From positions 2,880,001 through 2,944,000 of the forward strand of contig OZ244653.1 of NCBI GenBank assembly GCA_965218795.1: a stretch of DNA of 64,000 bases. The letters run 5' to 3'. The position numbers and the translations under genes were made by a program. Source of the stretch: a bacterium (GTDB lineage Bacteria; UBA8248; JACPRG01; G963555815). This document shows positions 40,985 through 50,200 of the stretch, in pieces; positions within the stretch are counted from its first letter, which is position 1, and every line of letters begins with the position of its first letter. Below the pieces are notes generated by a model. The model ran no database searches. It had not been told where the DNA came from and saw nothing but the letters and a program-made list of their open reading frames with translations.

Positions 40985-43900
40985 TCAAAGGCCCAAGTCC
41001 ATCTCGCCCCGTTTCCCACGGTCCGGCGCAGCCGGCTCCCGGTTCCTCACGACCGGCTCGGTCTCTTTCCCGGCCGCCTCGCTCCCGCCGCGGTCCGTAT
41101 CCCGGGTGGCTTCTGCCTCCCGATCCGCCGTCCGTCCCGCGTTCGCATCGACTTCCATGCCCTTTGCCGGCGCGTCCCGCGCCGCCTCTCCGATCCCCTC
41201 CAGCGCGGATATGCGCTCGCCGGTCACTGCCTCCAACTGCTCGCGCAGCCGCACGGCGTCGTCCGTCACCAGCTCGGCCCGGTCGCGGGCGCGGCTGATC
41301 TCCACATAGAAGCTCTTCTGCGTGGTGAGATGGGGGTGATTGGCCTCCATCGCCGCGATCACGTTGTCCACCGTCCGCCCCTGGAAGGCATGCACGGTCG
41401 AGGCCCAGGCGTGGTCGAGATGGCGCAGCTGGGGATCGCCCGCCTTCATGTCGAGCATGCGCCCGTCCTCCAGACGGAAGGTCACACGACCGTCCTTCAC
41501 GCTCGCGACCTCGGCGGTGCGGCTGTTGACGAGGCCGAGGCCCTTGTCGTTGCGGGTCCAGCGGATGCGGTCTCCGGCGCGAAGTTCGATGCCCTCGGCT
41601 TGGTAGACCTCGGCGCCGCCTGTCCGCCCGGCGATCCGCCCCGGCTTCCAGAGAACGGTCCCGCCGTCCCCGCCTTCGAGCATCACCGTATGGCTCCTGT
41701 GATCCACGCCGGCGACCCGGCGCTCGTCACCCTTGTCGACCCCGAGCGTCTTGTAGGAGCGGTGGAAGGCGACGATATCGCCCTCGGCGTAGTTGGCCGC
41801 GAGCGATTTCTCGGCGTTCGTGTAGCCGTGGGAGACCAGCCGCTCGCCCGTGAAGGCGGGGCCGTGGATCCTGCCATCGCGCGCGAGGCGCTCCCGGATA
41901 TGGCCGTTGATCTCCCGGCGAAGCTCATGGCTCGGCGCCATGACGCCGGTGTTCTCTCTCGCCTCGGGGGACAGCTTGAGCCAGCGCGCCGCCACCGCGC
42001 CTGCGATGTTGTCGGCCTTCACTTCCGCGACGTTGGGGCCGAGCTTCTCGAAGGCCTTGCCGATCTCGCCGGCGAGGCTCGCCTCCACGGCCGCCTTCAG
42101 CTCCGGGTCGCGCTGGCGCAGGATCTCGTCCATGGTCGCGGTCTTCATGCCTGCCTGCTGCAGCTGGGCAAATGGCTTTCCCGCATCCACCGCGTCGAGC
42201 TGCTTCGCATCACCCACCAGCACGACACGGGGAAGGCGCAAGGTGTTGGCGATCCTGAGCAGATCGCGGGCCTGGACGGTGGAGGCGAGGGATCCCTCGT
42301 CCACCACGAGCACGGTCTTCCGCCAGGCGGCGCGCATCTCCCGCGCGCCCTTGGCCGTAAGACGGCCCTCGGCGACCCCGGCGTTCCGCGCGAGGAACAA
42401 TTGCAACGTCTCGCTCTCGATCCCGGCTTCGGTCGCCAGCGTCTTCACCGCCGAGGCCGACGGCGCCAGTCCCATCATGCGGTAGCCGTTCTTCTCCGCG
42501 AGCGCGCGGGCGCGGTTCAGCATGGTGGTCTTGCCGGTCCCGGCATAGCCCTGCACGCCGATAACGCGGTCCTTCGAAGACAGGATCAGCTTGACGGCCT
42601 GCTTCTGGCCCTCGGTGAGCGGTCCCTTGTGCAGCCGCGCCTGTACCATCCAGCTCCGCATCGCCGCCCGGCCCCGGTCCTGGCCGTCCCGCATCAGCCC
42701 GATCGTCTCGCGTTCGTGGGCTAGGGCCTTGTCGGTGGTCATGCCGTCGCCCGCATGCAATGCCGGCGCGGCATGGAGCCGTCCCTGTCCTTCGAGATCG
42801 CCCAACGCCTTCTCCGCCGCCTCGACGGACACGGCGCCCGGTTGCCAGGCCAGCGCGGCGGCGAGCAGATCGGCGCGCAAGAACACCGCCTCGCGCTCGG
42901 CGAGATGCGCCATCGCCCATTCCACGGCCTCGGCCGCCGGCTCCTTCGTTACCGGTTTCCGCCGCGTTGGGTCGGTTTCCGCGATGGCGGCGGGAGACCC
43001 GACGGCATCCGCCGGAGCGGGATCGACATCCCGCGCGGGAGCGTTCTCCCGGCCGGAGTCCCTGCCGGCTTCCCTCGCCATGGCCTCGGCGGCGAGCGCC
43101 CGTGCGTCGAATCCCAGGCCGCCGGCCTGCTTCTCCCAGCTTGCCCTGAGCGCCGCCTTGTCGACCTCGCGCTTGTGGGCGCGGGTCATCAGCGCCGCGC
43201 GCTCGGCGAGGCGCTGGTTCCCGGCGGTGCCGCTCATGCCCCGCTCGGCCATGGCCGCTTCGATCTCCGCCCGCCGGGTCGAGAACGCCTCGATCGCCTT
43301 GCGTGGGACCCCGGCGATCTCGAAGCGTCCGTCGGCATGGCTCTTCTCGATGCCGTAACCGAGCTTGCCCAACTCCCGCGCGAGCTCGCTCCGGTAGATC
43401 ATGCCGATCAGCTTCTGGCGGCGGTAGAGCGCCTCGTTGGCCATGGTCCGCCACTTGCCGTCCCCGCCCTGGACCATGTTGGCGAGGACCGCGTGGGTGT
43501 GGAGCTGGGGATCGAGATTGCGCGAGGCGTCGTGCCGGAAGGTCGCGGCCACCGTCTTCTGGTCCCCGGCCCGGACCATGCGTCCGGTCTCCGGGTCCTT
43601 CAACCGGGTCTCGGCGGCGTTGCCCTCGATCCAGGCCAGCGAGCGCTTGACCGCCCGGTCATGGGCGTCGACCACGCGCCCGTCGCCGCCGATCAGCGCC
43701 GCCAGCGAGACGGATTTTGGGGCCGAGAAGGTGAGATCCCGCCCGGGCCGGTGCTGCAGGGCCCCATCGGGTCCCCCGCGTCCGAGTTGCCGTCCGGTCC
43801 CGTCGAGTACCTTGCCCTCCAGCACCGCCTTGAAGAGGTCCGGCTCGACCGGACCGGAGAGGCCGAGGTCCTCCGCGCCCTTGCCGGTCCAGGCGCTCGC

Positions 43901-44002
43901 GTCCCTGTGGGCCGGGTCGTCCCTGGCGTAGTAGCCGTCCTTTTCGTAATAGGAGATGCCCTGGGCCGAGGACGCGACGGCGCCGATCGAGACGACCATC
44001 AC
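40985..44002 (-). CDS. MOBF relaxase-helicase (TrwC/TraI-like)
   Basis: SYYEKDGYY, DLTFSAPKSVS, HDASRNLDPQLHTH, FSTRR, GYAGTGKTT, VDEGS, TVHAFQGRT. Confidence 0.95.
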   Translation of the reverse strand: MMVVSIGAVASSAQGISYYEKDGYYARDDPAHRDASAWTGKGAEDLGLSGPVEPDLFKAVLEGKVLDGTGRQLGRGGPDGALQHRPGRDLTFSAPKSVSLAALIGGDGRVVDAHDRAVKRSLAWIEGNAAETRLKDPETGRMVRAGDQKTVAATFRHDASRNLDPQLHTHAVLANMVQGGDGKWRTMANEALYRRQKLIGMIYRSELARELGKLGYGIEKSHADGRFEIAGVPRKAIEAFSTRRAEIEAAMAERGMSGTAGNQRLAERAALMTRAHKREVDKAALRASWEKQAGGLGFDARALAAEAMAREAGRDSGRENAPARDVDPAPADAVGSPAAIAETDPTRRKPVTKEPAAEAVEWAMAHLAEREAVFLRADLLAAALAWQPGAVSVEAAEKALGDLEGQGRLHAAPALHAGDGMTTDKALAHERETIGLMRDGQDRGRAAMRSWMVQARLHKGPLTEGQKQAVKLILSSKDRVIGVQGYAGTGKTTMLNRARALAEKNGYRMMGLAPSASAVKTLATEAGIESETLQLFLARNAGVAEGRLTAKGAREMRAAWRKTVLVVDEGSLASTVQARDLLRIANTLRLPRVVLVGDAKQLDAVDAGKPFAQLQQAGMKTATMDEILRQRDPELKAAVEASLAGEIGKAFEKLGPNVAEVKADNIAGAVAARWLKLSPEARENTGVMAPSHELRREINGHIRERLARDGRIHGPAFTGERLVSHGYTNAEKSLAANYAEGDIVAFHRSYKTLGVDKGDERRVAGVDHRSHTVMLEGGDGGTVLWKPGRIAGRTGGAEVYQAEGIELRAGDRIRWTRNDKGLGLVNSRTAEVASVKDGRVTFRLEDGRMLDMKAGDPQLRHLDHAWASTVHAFQGRTVDNVIAAMEANHPHLTTQKSFYVEISRARDRAELVTDDAVRLREQLEAVTGERISALEGIGEAARDAPAKGMEVDANAGRTADREAEATRDTDRGGSEAAGKETEPVVRNREPAAPDRGKRGEMDLGL

Positions 44003-46101
44003 AGCCAGTCGGGCGGACAGCGTTCGTCCGCGCCGCCGGCGCCGCTGTCCTCGGGTTCATCCGGAGCGGCCGCGGGGTCTTCCCGTCGCCCGGAAAGGAC
44101 GGAATTCCGGCCGCCCGAACCGGCAGCCGGAACCTCGGGCATTTCCGCGCCTTCCGCTTCGACCGCGCGGCATTCGGCCGGGGCCGGCTCGAAACCGAGC
44201 TCGGGTTGATCGCCGGTCCATCCGGCCGCCGAACCCGCCGCGCCCGTATCGCCATGCTCGCTTTCGTTCCCGGCATTGCCCGGGGCCGGGGCATCGGTGT
44301 CGCGCCTGCTTCCGGAATAGGCCGCGGTCACATCGGAGACCCAACCGCCTTGCTCCGAAGGCCCTTCCTCCCTTGGCACGAAGCGTTCGGCCGCCTTGGG
44401 CCTCTTGACGTAGTCGAGCTTGATCCGGGCCACGGGCCACGGCCCCGGGAACTTCAGATACCCCTGCAGGTTCTCCAGCCGCATGATCTCCGACGGCAGG
44501 GCCAGGGAACGCATCTCCCGCCGCTGGGTCAGCGAGACCCCGTCGCGCAGCACGCTGGCCCCGTAGCTCATCCCGTGGGAATATTCCTCCACCTCGCCCC
44601 GCCCCAGGCTCTCGGCCGACCACCGGGCCGTCTCCTGATCGGGCGCGGCCAGCACCACCCGGGTACCGCAGAGCCCCGAGATCGTCTCCGCCCCGTTCTT
44701 TCCGTAGAGGTCGCGCAGGGCCGAGATCACCTGGATCCCGAGGACGAAGCACCCCCCGAACTGGCGGGACTCGGCCAGACCGGGCTGGAGGCTCGGCACC
44801 TGGTGGAGGGTGGGCAGTTCGTCCAGGACCACCCAGACCCGGCGCGCATCGTCCTGATGGAGGGAAAGAAGGGCGTTGACCGCGATCTCGAGCCAGGTGG
44901 AGATGAGCCCCCTCAGGCTCGCGTGCTGGTCGCCGCGGGAGGTCAGGAACAGGAACCCGGTCCCGTCCTCCCGTCCCACCCAGTCCCGGATCGAGAAGGG
45001 CTCGCCCGTATCGGGCAGGAACTCCAGCGCTCCCAGGTGCGCGGTCAGCATGGCGCGGACGGAGAGCGCGGTCTTGGGGTTGTCCGGGTCCACGATGGAC
45101 TGGGCCACCGTGCCCTCCATGGCCTGGGCCAGGGCCGTCAGGTCGGTCTTGAGCAGGTGGTCGACCAGCACCCGGTTCTCGGTGACCCCCTGCTTCCAGA
45201 GCCCGCCGGCGCCGTTGGAGAACAATTGCCTGGCGGCCGTGACCCAGAAGGGGTCCACCGTGTCCTTCTGCTGGGGGATGAGGGCCGCGGCCATCATGTC
45301 GAAGTCCCGGGGGGATCCGGCCTCGAAGAAGGGGGACCAGCAGGGGGATCTGGCGTCCAGGGGGTTCATGAGCACGTCACGAGAGGGATCGAAGAAGGAG
45401 CGGGTATAGGTCCCCATCTTGTCGTAGAGGATGCAGCGCTCGCCGCGTTTTCGGATCCGGGCGACCAGGTCCGAGATCAGGACGGTCTTGCCGGATCCCG
45501 TGGTGCCCGAGACCATGGTGTGCTGGGTCTCGGCTCTCCGGGGCCAGGGGATCCCGGCGATGCGGGGGGAGGATCTACGCGCCCTGGGAGACAAAGCCTC
45601 CATAAGACGCACGGACAGGGGCTGGACCCGCCTTCTCAGGTCCCGGGCCGTGGTCATCTCCGCTCCCCGGACCCGTCTGGCCCGGTCCAGGCGCCTTCCC
45701 CGGACAGAGAACAGGACCGCGCACAGGGCCATGCCCCCCGTTCCGAGCCACAGGCCGAGCCAAGCCTTTGAGTAGATCGTATGGAGCAGGCGTCTTCGGA
45801 TCCTTTCGATCCTGGGGTCATTGGCGATATCCACGATCCTCAGGAGTGTCGTTTTGCCTTCCCTCCACTCGTACTTCTGGAGGGAGTGGCGGGAATACCC
45901 CAGTGCGAGCTTGGCCTGGGCGAGGGTGCCCGTTCCCACCAGGCGCCATTCATGGGCGGTGGTGGTTCGGAAGAGAGCTACGGAAGGGACCAGGACGATT
46001 GTCAGCGCGATGCCCAAAAGTCCCCACCTGACCAGCTGGCCCCACATGTGGACGTCGTGGGCCAGGGTCTGGCCGCCCCGGAGCGTGGCGTTGCCGAACA
46101 T
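43999..46101 (-). CDS. Type IV coupling protein (TraD/TrwB-like)
   Basis: Two N-terminal TM segments, GTTGSGKT, NPLDARS, DPFW, VLDELPTL, RQFGG. Confidence 0.93.
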   Translation of the reverse strand: MFGNATLRGGQTLAHDVHMWGQLVRWGLLGIALTIVLVPSVALFRTTTAHEWRLVGTGTLAQAKLALGYSRHSLQKYEWREGKTTLLRIVDIANDPRIERIRRRLLHTIYSKAWLGLWLGTGGMALCAVLFSVRGRRLDRARRVRGAEMTTARDLRRRVQPLSVRLMEALSPRARRSSPRIAGIPWPRRAETQHTMVSGTTGSGKTVLISDLVARIRKRGERCILYDKMGTYTRSFFDPSRDVLMNPLDARSPCWSPFFEAGSPRDFDMMAAALIPQQKDTVDPFWVTAARQLFSNGAGGLWKQGVTENRVLVDHLLKTDLTALAQAMEGTVAQSIVDPDNPKTALSVRAMLTAHLGALEFLPDTGEPFSIRDWVGREDGTGFLFLTSRGDQHASLRGLISTWLEIAVNALLSLHQDDARRVWVVLDELPTLHQVPSLQPGLAESRQFGGCFVLGIQVISALRDLYGKNGAETISGLCGTRVVLAAPDQETARWSAESLGRGEVEEYSHGMSYGASVLRDGVSLTQRREMRSLALPSEIMRLENLQGYLKFPGPWPVARIKLDYVKRPKAAERFVPREEGPSEQGGWVSDVTAAYSGSRRDTDAPAPGNAGNESEHGDTGAAGSAAGWTGDQPELGFEPAPAECRAVEAEGAEMPEVPAAGSGGRNSVLSGRREDPAAAPDEPEDSGAGGADERCPPDWL

Positions 46102-46268
46102 GGCGGATCCCTCCTTGTTCCAAAGGCTAACGGCGGTTCCTGCACCGTTCCGTTGCCACGGGCCGGCAAGAGGCCGGGGCGGGCCGCAGTCCGGGTAGGG
46201 GACGCTTGGGCCGGAGAGGCCCGGTCACGTCCGAGACGCCTTGAACCTCGACCCCGGAGGAACGAACC

Positions 46269-46634
46269 ATGGCCGACCCCAATCCTTCTTGTAGCTGGCG
46301 CGCCCGGCCCTTTGTCCTGGGCGGGCTTGCCTTCGCCCTTGCCGTCACGGTCTTTGCCGTGGCCACGGGGACCGGCATCCGCCTCCTCGGAGGCGTCTGG
46401 TTCTGGGCGGCGATCTGGACCGTCCTGGCGGCCCTGGCGAGCGCCCTGTGGCAAGGGTTCCGCCATGGGGACTGGTCCGCCTTCAGGGGGTACGACCTCA
46501 CGGAAGACAACGGCGACCGGTTCGACTGGGCGACAAAGACCGGCCGCTACGCCTGGCTCCGCGACGCCGAGGACGGGGATCTCCACGACGAGGATCCCCT
46601 TCGCGGTCATGGCCCGAGCACCTGGTCTTCGTAG
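46269..46634 (+). CDS. Small membrane protein
   Basis: Two hydrophobic helices then acidic tail; GGAGG RBS. Confidence 0.6.
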   Translation: MADPNPSCSWRARPFVLGGLAFALAVTVFAVATGTGIRLLGGVWFWAAIWTVLAALASALWQGFRHGDWSAFRGYDLTEDNGDRFDWATKTGRYAWLRDAEDGDLHDEDPLRGHGPSTWSS

Positions 46635-46843
46635 AAGGGGCCGTCGCGGGTGCTCGTCCAGGGGCAGGTCGGAGCGGGCGCCGGGCGTTGTCATGGGAAG
46701 GAACATAAGGGGAAGGTTCGTGTTCGCCAACAGGTATCGATAGTGTATGGCCTACAGTTGGTTGACATTCCTGCGCACGTCCGCAATGGAATGCGCGGGG
46801 GTGCGGCAAAAAACCGGGGATTACGGCAGGTGGAAGGGAAAAG

Positions 46844-46984
46844 ATGGGTTCAGAGAGGAACAGGGACGAGAGAGAGGCGATCAGGCGGGACCCGGTCCGG
46901 CTCAGGCTGATCTCCGCCAACCCGGACGACGCCCCGTACTCATGCTTCGCCCAGGACGTCGACGGCGTCGGCAAGGTGCTCTGA
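46844..46984 (+). pseudogene. Internally deleted paralog of HTH-S24 repressor
   Basis: MGSERNRDEREAIRRDPVRLRL joined to ISANPDDAPYSCFAQDVDGVGKVL, matching the N- and C-termini of 59143-59865. Confidence 0.85.
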
Positions 46985-47268
46985 ACTTTGCGTCAGGTGA
47001 GAGAAAAAAACGCCGCAGGGCGTTCCCGTCCCCCTCCCTGGCCACTCAAGTCAAGCGACCGGGCGATGCAAACCGTTTTGTATCCGGTGGTCAGCCTGCG
47101 CGGTTCCTGTCGCGGGCCGTGCACGGCATCGGTCAGGGCGCTGTATCGCTTGGGCGAAGAGACGAGCCGGAGCCCGGCGAGGCTGCCGCCCGCGTCGCGC
47201 ACCAGCGCCGCGAACGCCGGCACGCCGGGCGCTCCGGTCCCGCGGGGCGCGGAGGGAACGCCCCGCCG

Positions 47269-50200
47269 TCACCAGCGGATCGTGCCGCGCAGCATCAAGC
47301 CGTGCTCGGGCGCGTCGTCGTTGGCCGGCTCGCGCCGCGTGCCTTCGAGGCTGAACGTCACGTCCGGCGCCACCAGCCAGCGCGCGCCCGTGCGCCATGA
47401 CCGCCCGCCGCCGTCGGCCAGCGAGAGCCCCGCATAGGGCGTCACCAGCCCGAGGCCGCGCGGCACGCCCAGACCGTAGCCGAGCTCGGCCTCCAGACGG
47501 CGCTCCGCCTCGAACGCTTCCTCACGCACCAGCCCCGCCGCGTCGCGCGCCGACCACAGACGCTCCACGCCGCTCGACGGCGTCCCCCACACCGGCGCCA
47601 GCGTCAGCGAGAGGCCCCGCCCCGAGGCGCCGGGGTTGAACCGCACCGAGCCGCCCGCGCCCCACTCCTCGTAAGACCCGTCCTCGTGCGCGATGAGCGC
47701 GCGAACGCTCGCCTCCACCGTCAGGCCCGACCCCGCGTCGGCGAAGCGGATCCGCCCGCCGACCTCGATTCCGGTCCCCGTCTCCGCGTCACCGCCGTCG
47801 TGGCGCAGGCCCACCTCCAGGCCCGGCGTCAGCGCCGCGCCCTCGCCCAGCGCGAACGCCCGCCCGGCCTCCAGCACCAGCCGCAGCCGGCTCGCATCGG
47901 CCTTCGTGGCCACCGTGTTCGCCGCCTTCTCCGACTCCATCCGCACCCAGAACGCGTCGCCGCGAAGCGCCAGGTCGATCAAGCCGGTCTCGCCCGCCTC
48001 CAGCACCGCGCCCCGCGCACCCGCGGCGCCGAGTCGCATCGAGAGGTCGGTGCGCACGGACGAGTTGCCCCGGACCGTCATGTCGCCCGTGCCGTAGCCC
48101 AAGAGGCCCCAGGCCGAGAGCCGGTCGCTCAGCGTCACCCGCACGTAGGGGTTCACGCTCGTGAGCGTGCTCTCGATCTTGCCCGAATCCACGTCCGGCT
48201 GGTCGAAGGCGCCCTTGCCCCTGCTCACCGAGACCGCCACGCCCGCGAGCCAGCGCTCCCATTGGGCGTCGGCACCCAGGATCCCGGTCGTCACCTCGCC
48301 GTCCAGGCGCACCTTGCCCTTGTCGGCCGGCGCCTTGGCGTCAAAGCCGCCCACCGTCACCCGGCCCCAGGCCGCGAAGCCCGGTCCCCCGTCCTCGCCG
48401 CCGCCGGCCGTCAGGTGGAACGAGCTGCCGAGCAGCAGCTCGCGCCCGGTCAGGGTCCGCGACGTGGTGCCGGCCGTGTCCAGGTCCGCCCGGGAGCCGG
48501 ACCGCGCCTCAACGTCTTCCGCGCCCGGGGCCCCGGCAAGCGCCCGCCGGGCGTCGACGGTCCCGGCCGACAGGTCGATGCTCCGACCGCCCAGCGTCAC
48601 CCGCGAGCCCTGGGGCGGACCTGACAGGCGTCCGGACACCGCGTCCACCACCTGGCCCGCCACCGTGCGCCCGAAGCGCGACAGCCACATCTTCTGCAAC
48701 GGATCGGAGTTCTCGATGGCGCCCGTCGCGACCCCGTCGGCGATCACCGCCCCCGAGGCGCTCGTGAGCCGGAGCGTGAAGGTCTCCTCGCCCTCGTCCA
48801 CCGCGTCGTCCAGCACCGGCACCGAGACCGTCTTCGCCGTCTCGCCCGGATCGAAGCTGAGCGCGCCGCCGCTGCGCGTATAGTCCTCGCCCGCGGTCGC
48901 CGTCCCGTCGGCGGTCGCATAGGCCACCGCCACCGTCACCGATGCCGCCCGGCTCAGCGTCACCGCGAAGTCGATGGTCTCGTCCGCGCCTTCCCTGGCC
49001 CGCGCGTCCGCCACCGACACCGCCACAGGACCCCGCACCGTCGTCGAGATGGTGTTCGACAGCGCGCGGCCGTCCGACGTGCAGACCGCCGCCGGGGTCC
49101 GGCAGGCCGCCCCGGCCGCGAGCGTCACCGTCACGTCCGCCAGCGAGTCCGGCTCGACCGTCACCTGCCACAGGTCCCGGCGCCGGTCCACCCGGCTGGC
49201 CGACGTCGCCCGGCCCCCGGCCACCGCCACCACGTCCTCGCGCAACCGCCGGCCGTTCATCCACCCGATCCGCTCGCTGAACGCGATCCTGAACGTGAAC
49301 GCGCTCTCCCCGTCATGCTCCGCCGGCACGTCCACGAACGACGCCGTCAGCGGTGCCGGGCCGGTCTCCTCCGCCGGGCCGGCCACCGTCGTCGTGGGCG
49401 TGTTGGTCAATGGCTTGCGGGGCGGCCCCCAGGTGCAGATCGCGCCCGAGACCGTGCACTCGCGACCCGCCGGCAGCGTAATGCTCACGTCGCCCGCGCC
49501 GTCCGGCTCGACCGTGATCTCGAACAGGTCCTTCCGCCGGTCCACCCGGCGGCCCCGTGTCACCCGGCCCCCGGTTACCGTGAACGCGTCCTCGCGCAGG
49601 CTCCGGAAGCTGATCGCGATGGGCTCGCTGAACGCCACCCGGAAGCGGAACAGGCTCTCCCCGTCATGCTCCGCCGGCACGTCCTCGAAGGATGCCGTCA
49701 GCGCATTCTGCGCTGCTGCACTCTCCCTGCGCAGCGACACCGCGACCTGGACGCCGTCCGACGCCCCGTCCTCATAGCGCGAATACTCACTACTCGGCTG
49801 TGGCGTGGGGCCCACCAGCATCGGCAACTTGCCGCGCTTCACTGAACTCGCTTCCAGCCCCGAGATCCGGTATCCGTTCCAGTACGCCACCAGCCCAGAC
49901 GCGTCGGGCAGAGTCGAACCCGTTGCCAGCGCGAACAGCCCTCTCGAATTCACGAGGAACGCATCGATCGCATAAGTCGCGCCGCCGTCCTCGAACGAGA
50001 CGACGTCCATCTCTCCGAACGACTCGCCCAGCATCCGGCCGTACCCCGCCACCGAAAAGGGGAACTGATGCGAGCCCAGTGTCACCGTCGCCGACAGCAG
50101 CTCTTCCTCACCGTCCGCGAGCGGCGGATTGACGGGTGCCGACCACACCGGCGGCGTTTCCGCGTTCGTTACCGAGCCATCGCCGCTCTCGACCCGCACT

